DNA of 64,000 nucleotides from Macrostomum lignano. Taxonomy: Eukaryota. How positions within the stretch are numbered: the first letter of the stretch is position 1; every line of letters begins with the position of its first letter. The DNA lies in the NCBI GenBank assembly GCA_002269645.1, contig NIVC01000323.1, positions 62,001-126,000 on the forward strand, in the 5' to 3' direction. Below are positions 54,721 to 64,000 of the stretch, in pieces. The position numbers and the translations under genes were made by a program. Below the pieces are notes generated by a model. It was given only the letters and a program-made list of their open reading frames with translations. It searched no databases and had not been told where the DNA came from.

Positions 54721-54929
54721 GAGCGCCAATATAGGGCTTCTTTGTCAAATGACTTCAATCTCAAGTTACGATACTGCAATCGCTGACACCAAAGCCAATC
54801 CAGGAAGAAACGGGTGCTTCCAGTTGGCAGCTGGTCTTGACTTGACTTAGCTGCAGGGCTGTCCCGAAGGGGACACAGCGGGAAGGCGCGGGCGCCCATT
54901 CCGCTAGTCCCTGAACGGCCGACGCGTCG

Positions 54930-57900
54930 CTATGGACGGAGGGTTGGCGCCGCCCAGGGAGGTCCCCCAGTGTCGCCAGCAGCTATGGTGCTCTCTGGAA
55001 AGGAGAGTTCAGCCCTGCGGGTGGCCCGAAGGTAGCGCATGAGCTGATTAAAGTTTTCGGGTTTGCACGCTTCAGTAATAGATGTGTGTGGCCCGAGGTA
55101 AGTGAGTCTGGCCCGCGTGAAGGCGGGACAGATGCTGACGAAATGCTCAGCGGTTTCGTCACCTGAGTTGCAGAAGCTACAGGTGGCGTTGGTGGCGTTG
55201 CCCTGCAGGTACTGGTGCCTGGAGAAGCAGCCGTGACCAGAGAGGGTCATGGTGGCAGCCCGGATGTCTCTGCGCGAGAGGCGCAAGAGGAGCTTCCGGA
55301 GCTGGTGAGAGGGCTGAGGGACAGCGCCTCTGGATTGCCTGCAGTTCGTGCGGTTCGCCCAAGTCGAGCGGTGCTGAGTCCTGATCCACGCTTTGATGCG
55401 CGAGTCGATGACACAGCCAGGAATCGGGACAAGAGGTTCGGGGCCGAGAGAGGAGCCGGAGGCACCAACTTTTGCAAGGGTGTCAGCCAACTCATTTCCT
55501 CGGATCCCCACATGCCCCGGAACCCACTTAAGGGTAATTTTGTTGGCGGAACCCAACATGTTGAGGAGTTTGATACAGTCGAGGACTGTAGCAGAGTTGG
55601 TGCTGCAGCCACTGATGGCGTGCAAGGCAGCTTGGCTGTCCGAATGGAAAATGATGTTCTTACCAGTAACGCCAGTGGCGAGAAGCTCTGCAGTGCAGGA
55701 GCTGATGGCCAGAACTTCATTTTGGAAAACACTGGAGTTGACCCCAGTGTATTGAGCGTGGGTAGCGATGACCCTCCCGTTCAGAAAGATTCCAACACCA
55801 AAGCCGGTGTTGGCTGACTGCTTAGAACCGTCGGTGTAGCAATGAAGCTCACCAGGGTTCCATTGGTCATTGATGTTATCGCGCGAGTCGATAGCTACGG
55901 AGTAGCGCTGTCTCAGGTTGAGCGTTGAGGCAATGCCATCGGTGAAGACGCGATTGGCCTGACACTCGTTGAGAAAGTTGAGGCACAGATCGCTATGCGG
56001 GACAAGGTTCCGCTTAGCAGGTGCTCTCATGTAAATGAATTTGACGCCGGCATCAATTAGACGCCGCGTCGTTCTAGCCGCCTCACCCCTGATGAAGAGG
56101 TCAAGAGGCGGAAGATTAAGGAAGGCCCCCATGCCAGCAAAGGGCGTGGACCTGGTGGCGTTGCAGATGAGCCTACACGCTCTGCCTTGGATCGTGTTGA
56201 GCAGGTCTGCATGGCTTTTGACCTGGGTAGCGCTAACCCAGACAACAGAGGCGTACGTAATGGCAGGTCTAACTACGGAAGTATAGATCCACCAAAGCCG
56301 CTTTGGGGATAGACCCCAAGAAGTGCCAAGTGCTCGTCGGAGCTGGGCCAGGATGGCTGAGGCACGCTTGGCTTTTGCTTTCACGTGGAGGACCAGTTGA
56401 GCCGGTGGTCAAGTATGACCCCGAGACATCTGGTCTGGTGCGCGAAGGCAATATCTCTGCCGTAGAGCTGCAGAGGACGTATGTTCCAGCGTAGTCTGCT
56501 GGTAAACATAATGGCAACGGTTTTGGGCTCAGAGAGTTCCAGACCATTGTCATTGGCCCAGGATTCTGCTTTGCGGATAAAGCTCTGCATCAGATCCCTG
56601 AGCGTGCTGGGAGACGGTCCTGCCACAATGGCCGTGACGTCATCAGCATACCCGACTTTGAAGACGGGGTCGGGTCGGGAGTCACTCAAAGAGCGTCCAT
56701 GACCAGGTTCCAGAGCGTCGGGGTGAGGACTCCGCCTTGGGGTCCACCCTTACAGACTCTGGTGGAGGCAGTTTGCCCAAGAAGTTGGGCAGTGACCGTA
56801 CGGTTGGAGATCATGTACATGATCCACCGTATGAGGGTAGCATGAGCTTTGCGATTTTGAAGGGCCCTCTGAAACGCTTCAAAGATAACGTTGTCGAAGG
56901 CGCCAACAATGTCAAGAAAGAGAGCCAGAGCGTAACCGTCACCCAGTACCGCCCTTTCAATCTTCTCGACAATCGCATGCAGGCGCTGTCAGTCGACCTC
57001 CCGGTACGGAAGGCGTGCTGATTATTGCTGAGGGGCATCGCTGTCAGCTCGCAGGACAGCAGCCGCCAGAGAATAAGCCTCTCAGTGAGCTTAAGCATTG
57101 CTGACGTTAAGCTAATAGGCCGGAAGGCCTTGACGCTTTGGTAGTCACCCTTCCCAGGTTTGGGAATAAAGACTACCCGAGCTTCAGTCCAGCATTTGGG
57201 AACGTATCCCAGCTGGATAGAGGCCCGCATAAGATTGCGGGTGAGTCTCAGGAACGAGGGTATCTTGGCTGCTTCACGAAGGAGAACAGGGTAGATACCA
57301 TCAGGTCCAGGAGATTTGAAGGGTTTGAAGGTTCTGACCGCACGAGCGATTAGGTCTTCAGTGACAATGCCCGCCGCTAGGGTGGCTCCATCCATCGAAT
57401 GGTTGGGCTCCGGTCTAGCAGTAGGTACCCTCGGGAAGAATGTGCTAAGCATATGCTGAAGCACTTCTTCAGGGTCTTTAGTAAGAGAGCCATCATCTTT
57501 TTTGATCATGGCTAATTTGGACATTTTGTCCATTGTAAGGGCCTTGACAAGCCTAGAAGTAGGTCTGTCTTGATCCAATTCATTGCAGAATTGGCGCCAC
57601 TTACATTCCTTGGCCTTGCGCACTTCAGATTTGAAATTGCGGGAGGCTTGCCGGAAAAGCTCCATGTCCTCCGGGTTTCCGGTCTTCATGGCACGGCGAT
57701 GAAGGCTTTTGGCCTTCCGCCTGAGTTTCCCCAGCTCCGGGTTCCACCACGGCGCCGAGGTCTTGCCTTTGTAGGCGCGAGCAGGACAAGCCGCTTCGTA
57801 GGCTTCAATAATGCAACCTGTCAGCGTCTCAGCCATATGATCCACATCCTCGCAGGTCTCAATCGGACGTAAGTCCGTGAGTTCCTGCAGGTGCAGATCA

Positions 57901-58666
57901 AGGGCAGCCTTGTAGGCCGCCCAATCAGTGTTGCGGATATTGCGTCTCCAAGTGATCGGAGACTGGGTTTTAGTGTCCGCGATGTTAAAGGCGATAAAGC
58001 AGTGGTCAGACAGGGAGGGCTCCTCAGACCAGACTCTCCACTCCTCAACTCTGTCAAAGAGTCTTGGGGTAACGAGTGTGGCGTCGAGGACCTCGTCCAT
58101 CTGCCATTATTAAAGGTAGGAGTGCTGCCGCGGTTGCAGAGCATGAGGTTTGTGTTAGAGATGAGGGCCAGAAGCTCCTCTCCTCTAGTGTTGGTATCTT
58201 TGCTGCCCCAGTGCTTGTGGTGCGCGTTGAGGTCGCCCCCTAAGCACAGCTCAGCGTTCTGGGACTCGCAGTACTGCGCGAGGCGCAGTAAACTCTCAGG
58301 AGCAGGGTCTCTGTCGCCTGGGATATAAACCGAGGCAACAAGACACGTACGCGGAGAGAAATGATTAGATTGGATGACGCAAAGGTCTCCATCAGAGAGA
58401 TCAGTCCTCAGCCAAGCCTGGAGATGGCTAGCAGCGAGGATAGCCGCTCTAGGGCGACTGTTCCCCGGGCCACACACATAAAAATCAGAGTAGCCAGAGG
58501 GAATGTTGGGCAACTTACCGTTGCGCATCCAGGGTTCCTGGATCAGGATGAGGCCTGGCCTGTACAGCTCAGCAATCTTCATCAGATTTACTGACGCAGA
58601 TACGCAATGCTGTAAATTAATTTGCAGACAGAATGTCGCTCCTTTGGCAGCGTGGAGCTTAGTCAT
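54930..58666 (-). CDS. LINE ORF2: AP endonuclease, reverse transcriptase, RNase H, C-terminal Zn finger (four 1-nt frameshifts)
   Basis: APE LQINLQH...LIQEPW...GGDLNAHH...WGS...SDH; RT KSPGPDGI, FRPISLTS, QHAFR, FLDIVGAFDN, PQGGVLTP, YADD; RNase H YTDGSK, VFQNEV, SDSQAAL, WVPGHVGIRGNELAD; CSFC...ETAEHFVSIC. Confidence 0.9.
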
Positions 58667-58705
58667 ACTGTATTAAATGCAATTTCTGGCTAGAGCCCAG
58701 GGCCA

Positions 58706-60211
58706 TCAAGGAGACTTGGACAACAGATCGTCCTCGTCCCAGGCCGCTGGGGCTTGACTGGGAGATGGGAGTTGGTCGACGTCCATGGCCTCCTCACCCC
58801 CACCGGCCCCCCCAGCAGAGTCCTCAGGCTCCGATGACAGGATGGAGGAAGCTTCCTCACCTGCATCTTTACCTTCAGACCCCACCAGGGTGGCCGAGGA
58901 GAGCTCGGATTCCGAAGACCCGGCCTCGTCCTCAACTCCTTCTCCGACTGGCAGGTTTGGTTCCCGGGGCTTGGCCGGAGCCGTTACCGCGGTCGCCGAA
59001 CTGCTGCTAGCAGAGGGGCGAGACGCAGCTTTGGCTTTGGGATCGGCTTGCGCCTTTCCTTGGGCCTTAGACTGCGCCCCGCTCTTGCCGGAGATGCCGG
59101 GGTTGGCAGTAGCCTTCCCTTTGGCAGACTTTCCTCGGCGCATCTTGAGCTTGAGGGCACCCAGCTGGAAAGAGGATCCATTAGGGTACCGACTCGCCCA
59201 AGTGCTGGAAAGGCCGAGGACAATTGAGTTGCCCGTCTCCCCCCTGCGGACTTTGCGGTGATACACCAGTCCACTAGCAGGGAGGTCGGGGTTCAGACGC
59301 AGTAGGACCCGGCGAATAACGTCTGGTCCAGCTGCGGTGCTCTTAGCAGGGACGAAAACCACATAGGGTATCGTCTTTGGACGCTGGCCCTCGCGAAGAA
59401 AAAGAGCTCCGCCAAGGTCAGCATCCAAGGAGACCGTCGGTAGCCGCTGGAGCAGCTGCCGAGCGTCCTCCTCGCTGCTAGGAGCAATAAGAACGAATGT
59501 GCTTCGCAGCACCATCCGCTCAATGCCGATGGAGATTCCCTCCTCGACAGTCAGCTCAATCAGATAGGAGTCAACAGCACTCCACACTTTTTGAAGCTGA
59601 TCAGTGGTCCAGTCCTGGTCGCGACCTTGGATGATCACTCCCGGGATTTTGGCCTTGGCCTTCGCCGCAAAGGTAGCTCCCGAAGGAACCTCCTTGTTGA
59701 CAGTGGCCATTTGTTGCGCCGTGGTTTCGGCCTCAGCAGCCGCAGCAGCATCTCCAGGGAGCGCCGCCGCTGAACTACCGGAGCTTCCACCGGCCGGCCC
59801 GTCTGGTTGCCTTGGGACGCCAGTCGCTTCAGCATCCATGGTGGACGCCGCCGCTTTGGCCCCCGCAGCTCCCTTCTTGGCCTGCCTTTTGGCGCGTTGT
59901 TTAGCGCGTTTGCGCTCAAGCCGAGCCCGCTGAGCTTCGTCGGATCTGCCAGATTTGGCCGGTCCTTTAGGCTCAGAGCTCGCGGTTCCCTTAGATCCAC
60001 CAGCGGAGCTGGCAGGTCTTTGGGTATTTTGAGTTTGGTAGCTCTGGTCGGATCTGCCAGCAGAGCCAGCCGGTCCTTCCTTTGCCACAGTTGAATCAGT
60101 CGGTTGGGATCTGCCAGCAGGGCCGGCCGGTCCTTCGGACTGAGGTTGGGGTTTAGAAGGGTCCCCGTCCCTAGAAATAGCTTGTTTATCCATAGACGGC
60201 TCGAAGGCCAT
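58706..60211 (-). CDS. LINE ORF1 (gag-like, 501 aa from first ATG)
   Basis: Intact long ORF upstream of ORF2, with low-complexity ends, a basic ERKRAKQRAKRQAKK patch and a folded central domain. No CCHC knuckle seen. Confidence 0.8.
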   Translation of the reverse strand: MAFEPSMDKQAISRDGDPSKPQPQSEGPAGPAGRSQPTDSTVAKEGPAGSAGRSDQSYQTQNTQRPASSAGGSKGTASSEPKGPAKSGRSDEAQRARLERKRAKQRAKRQAKKGAAGAKAAASTMDAEATGVPRQPDGPAGGSSGSSAAALPGDAAAAAEAETTAQQMATVNKEVPSGATFAAKAKAKIPGVIIQGRDQDWTTDQLQKVWSAVDSYLIELTVEEGISIGIERMVLRSTFVLIAPSSEEDARQLLQRLPTVSLDADLGGALFLREGQRPKTIPYVVFVPAKSTAAGPDVIRRVLLRLNPDLPASGLVYHRKVRRGETGNSIVLGLSSTWASRYPNGSSFQLGALKLKMRRGKSAKGKATANPGISGKSGAQSKAQGKAQADPKAKAASRPSASSSSATAVTAPAKPREPNLPVGEGVEDEAGSSESELSSATLVGSEGKDAGEEASSILSSEPEDSAGGAGGGEEAMDVDQLPSPSQAPAAWDEDDLLSKSP

Positions 60212-61035
60212 GATAAAAGGTTGGTGGGCTACCCTCAAAGGGGCGCGGTACCCACCCGGCCGCTCCACCTGACCGGGCAGTAGGCCAATAGCACCCTCAA
60301 GGCTGGCCCGACACCAGGAGGGGGACCGCTTGCGACCGGACTACTCCCCGGCCTTCCAGCCCATCGGCACGGTCAACACCTTAGGCATTAGAGAGTACGT
60401 TGAGCAGTACCACGGCCTGCAGGTTGGCGAGCCAGACCCGCATACCCAAATTCGGCCGAAGCCACTGGATAGGGTCGCCAGCGCCGGAGCCCAGTCTGTC
60501 CAGCAGCCCTAGGGACTGCCTTGAACACACGCGGGGACGAGTACCCTGGGTCGACTTGCGAGACAGCGTGGGGGGGGGGGTCTGCGGCTGCCAGAGGCAA
60601 ATAGAGGGTGCAGACCTCCCACCAACCTTGACCTGCTGAAGATAGGGGCAGGCGTGAAGCATCGCAGACCTTAGCCCATGGGCCTAGTCTGTCTCATACT
60701 TCACTGGCATGCTGAATACGCCTTCGCGTGGGCAGCTGGTAGTGACAGCTCCGTCGCCGTCTCGCCTCGCCACAGTCGTCCACAGCTCGCAGTCTGGTCG
60801 AGTGCACCACCGAATGCCAGACAGCAGCCGGCTGTGAAATTCTCCCGAAATCTGAAGCTCTGCCGTCAACGGAGATCAACGGAGATCTCGGTAACTCAGT
60901 GGCTAAGTGGTCATTGTCCGCGGCTATTTGGATCGCGACTATCGCCAACATTGAAAATTTGACTCACGTTGCAACAGTGAGCAAAGACTTTGACTGCTGG
61001 CGCCCCTGGTGCTGACTGTGAGGATTGTTACTTTA

Positions 61036-61600
61036 GGCATGGTGACTGTAGGCATGGTGACTGTAGGGATGGTGACTGTAGGCATGGTGACTGTAGGGAT
61101 GGTGACTGTAGGCATGGTGACTGTAGGCATGGTGACTGTAGGCATGGTGACTGTAGGGATGGTGACTGTAGGCATGGTGACTGTAGGCATGGTGACTGTA
61201 GGCATGGTGACTGTAGGCATGGTGACTGTAGGCATGGTGACTGTAGGCATGGTGACTGTAGGCATGGTGACTGTAGGCATGGTGACTGTAGGCATGGTGA
61301 CTGTAGGCATGTGGTGACTGTAGGCATGGTGACTGTAGGCATGGTGACTGTAGGCATGTGGTGACTGTAGGCATGGTGACTGTAGGCATGGTGACTGTAG
61401 GCATGGTGACTGTAGGCATGTGGTGACTGTAGGCATGGTGACTGTAGGCATGGTGACTGTAGGGATGGTGACTGTAGGCATGGTGACTGTAGGCATGGTG
61501 ACTGTAGGGATGGTGACTGTAGGGATGGTGACTGTAGGGATTGTGACTGTAGGCATGGTGACTGTAGGGATGGTGACTGTAGGCATGGTGACTGTAGGCA
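61036..61600. repeat. 15-bp minisatellite (GGTGACTGTAGGCAT)n
   Basis: About 37 tandem units. Confidence 0.96.
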
Positions 61601-62117
61601 TGTTAATTATTGCTGCTGAAATGCACTCGCCATATTCAACCCAGCTAGTTCTCAGCATTCGGAGAGACGGGGAGAGCCAACCCCCTGTGTCTGCAACTAC
61701 TGCAATTAGGAAGGCCAGCGGGCAGGGTGAGAGAGAAGCCTGACCAAGTTTAACGATGCATTTTTCTTGCAAATTTGAACGCCTTCTCAAACCTGATGCA
61801 CTGAGGGACTGAGCAGCATTGTACACCGCTCAGTAGGCAATGAAATATGTTCGCAGACCTCAGACTGCACAATGGGTCAGCTCAGCCTCATCAAGTACAG
61901 CTTGGGGTGGCCGCTGCAGCCGCAGCCTCTCCGTTGCCATGCTGGCTGCACAGAGGCGAAGGCGGCGGACTCAGCGCTCATGCTCGGGAGAGAAGTTTCG
62001 GTTGCAAAGGCCAGGGGTGGTCGGCCTCGCCAGAGGCTGCAAAAGGGGGACAGCTGAGAGATGAGGCGGCAAAATCTTTCTGGCAACCGGCTGTACAAAC
62101 CTTTGAAACACCTGCCG

Positions 62118-62875
62118 CTCTGACAGCAGCCGTGACTGACATCTGCCACTCTGACAGCAGTCGTGACTGACATCTGCCACTCTGACAGCAGCCGTGACTG
62201 ACATCTGCCACTCTGACAGCAGCCGTGACTCACATCTGCCACTCTGACAGCAGCCGTGACTCACATCTGCCACTCTGACAGCAGCCGTGACTCACATCTG
62301 CCACTCTGACAGTAGCCGTGACTGACATCTGCCACTCTGACAGCAGCCGTGACTGACACCTGCCACTCCTACAGCAGCCGTGACTGACATCTGCCACTCC
62401 TACAGCAGCCGTGACTGACATCTGCCACTCTGACAGCAGCCGTGACTGACATCTGTCACTCTGACAGCAGCCGTGACTGACATCTGCCACTCCTACAGCA
62501 GCCGTGACTGACATCTGCCACTCTGACAGCAGCCGTGACTGACATCTGCCACTCCTACTGCAGCCGTGACTGACATCTGCCACTCTGATAGCAGCCGTGA
62601 CTGACATCTGCCACTCTGACAGCAGCCGTGACTGACATCTGCCACTCTGACAGCAGCCGTGACTGACATCTGCCACTCCTACAGCAGCCGTGACTGACAT
62701 CTGCCACTCCTACAGCAGCCGTGACTGACATCTGTCACTCTGACAGCAGCCGTGACTCACATCTGCCACTCTGACAGCAGCCGTGACTGACATCTGCCAC
62801 TCTGATAGCAGCCGTGACTGACATCTGCCACTCCTACAGCAGCCGTGACTGACATCTGCCACTCTGAAAGCAGCC
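62118..62875. repeat. 31-bp minisatellite (CTCTGACAGCAGCCGTGACTGACATCTGCCA)n
   Basis: About 24 tandem units. Confidence 0.96.
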
Positions 62876-63062
62876 AAGAACCACAGGTAGGATTGATAAA
62901 GTATTTACAAAATTCGTTTTAATAATTCATAACTTCCCTATTTTAGCACTCCACCGCAATACACCTGGATGCACCACAATACACCTGCATGCACCACAAT
63001 ACACCTTCCCCTTTTTCTCCTTCCTTTTGTTCCTTTTTCTTCTTTCCTTTCAGAAACGAGGA

Positions 63063-64000
63063 ATGGGCCAAAGCCTGAGCCGCTATCAGGCCGTCACCAG
63101 CGGTAACATCACGGCAGTAAGAGCGCATCTGCGGCTTCAACTCGGACAAACACGGAAGACCCACTTTTGCATAGAAAATGCTCAACTGGCTGCGGAGCAT
63201 GGTCAGTTGGAAGTCGTCAAGTTTCTCGTGCCGACAGTCGCTGACCAAACAAAAAAAGATGATTGCTGCATCATAGCTACCAAATGTGCTGCAATCGATG
63301 GTCGGTTTGAAATCGTCAAGTTTCTCGTGCCGACAGTCGCTGACAAAACAAAAAAAGATGATTGCTGCATCAAAGCTGCCGTATATGCTGCATTCAGTGG
63401 CCACTTTGAAATCGTCAAGTTTCTCGTGCCGACAGTCGCTGACCAAACAAAAAAAGATGATTGCTGCATAAAAGCTGCCAAATTTGCTGCATTCAATGGC
63501 CACTTTGAAATCGTCAAGTTTCTCGTGCCGACAGTCGCTGACAAAACAAAAAAAGATGATTGCTGCATCAAAGCTGCCGAATATGCTGCAATCAATGGAA
63601 TTTTTGAAATCGTCAAGTTTCTTGTGCCGACAGTCGCTGACCAAACAAAAAAAGATGATTGCTGCATCATAGCTACCAAATGTGCTGCAATCGATGGTCA
63701 GATTGAAATCGTCAAGTTTCTCGTGCCGACAGTCGCTGACCAAACAAAAAGAGATGATTGCTGCATCAAAGCTGCCAAATTTGCTGCAGGCAAGGGTCAC
63801 CTTGAAATCGTCAAGTTTCTCGTGCCGACAGTCGCTGACCAAACAAAAAGAGATGATTGCTGCATCAAAGCTGCCGAATCTGCTGCAATCAATGGTCACT
63901 TTGAAATCGTCAAGTTTCTCGTGCCGACAGTCGCTGAACAAACAAAAAGAGATGATTGCTGCATCAAAGCTGCCGAATCTGCTGCAATCAATGGTCACTT
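63063..64000 (+). CDS. Ankyrin-repeat protein with near-identical 99-bp units, putative N-myristoylation; 3' partial
   Basis: ATG lies 9 nt after a pyrimidine tract + CAG acceptor. Reads MGQSLSRYQAVTSGNITAVRAHL...AAEHGQLEVVKFLVP, then 33-aa repeats with AAxxGHFEIVKFLV. Open to the window end. Confidence 0.88.
   Translation, partial: MGQSLSRYQAVTSGNITAVRAHLRLQLGQTRKTHFCIENAQLAAEHGQLEVVKFLVPTVADQTKKDDCCIIATKCAAIDGRFEIVKFLVPTVADKTKKDDCCIKAAVYAAFSGHFEIVKFLVPTVADQTKKDDCCIKAAKFAAFNGHFEIVKFLVPTVADKTKKDDCCIKAAEYAAINGIFEIVKFLVPTVADQTKKDDCCIIATKCAAIDGQIEIVKFLVPTVADQTKRDDCCIKAAKFAAGKGHLEIVKFLVPTVADQTKRDDCCIKAAESAAINGHFEIVKFLVPTVAEQTKRDDCCIKAAESAAINGH

Larger units (their letters stand above)
54836..60730 (-). 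mobile_element. Full-length non-LTR retrotransposon, LOA/Lian-like (ORF1 + APE-RT-RNase H ORF2), 10-bp TSD
   Basis: GGCAGCTGGT flanks both ends (54826-54835 and 60731-60740). 3' tail (AAGTC)n on the element strand. Two ORFs with the expected domain order. Confidence 0.9.

Noticed and set aside
60560-60730. HDV-like ribozyme at the LINE 5' end (GGTCTGCG / CGCAGACC helix and a TTCACG loop-like motif)
   Set aside because: I could not build P1, P1.1 or a J4/2 catalytic strand by eye. An RNArobo/Infernal search would be needed.
62943-63998. 351-aa minus-strand ORF with 33-aa periodicity
   Set aside because: Antisense shadow. The + strand frame gives the canonical ankyrin AAxxGHxEIVKFL motif and a sensible start.

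Overview
Eukaryotic (metazoan) genomic DNA. It has GT-AG spliced genes, about 20 different minisatellite arrays and several transposons. The density of minisatellites and poly-Gln/Ala exons resembles a free-living flatworm such as Macrostomum (inference only). Recognisable host genes: RNFT1/2-like RING-TM ligase (10.1-11.9 kb, +), ADP-dependent glucokinase (12.9-16.4 kb, +) and thymidylate synthase (40.5-43.8 kb, -). There is also a cluster of secreted PAN/Apple + C-type lectin genes (3 intact, 2 truncated, 21-35 kb, -) and a putatively N-myristoylated ankyrin-repeat gene on the + strand that runs off the window end and is missing from the ORF track. Mobile DNA: a full-length LOA-like LINE with a 10-bp TSD, a decayed Ty3/Gypsy element, an RTE-like fragment, a tRNA-derived SINE, hAT-type MITEs with 8-bp TSDs, and a 2-kb element with long inverted arms. 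The two most interesting signals look like diversifying recognition modules. The 99-bp ankyrin units have an almost invariant DNA framework with a hypervariable, apparently shuffled binding-face segment. The lectin paralogues share a homogenised core while their sugar-binding loops (EPN/QPN/QPD) diverge sharply. All calls come from reading the sequence by eye; no searches were run, and repeat boundaries are approximate.
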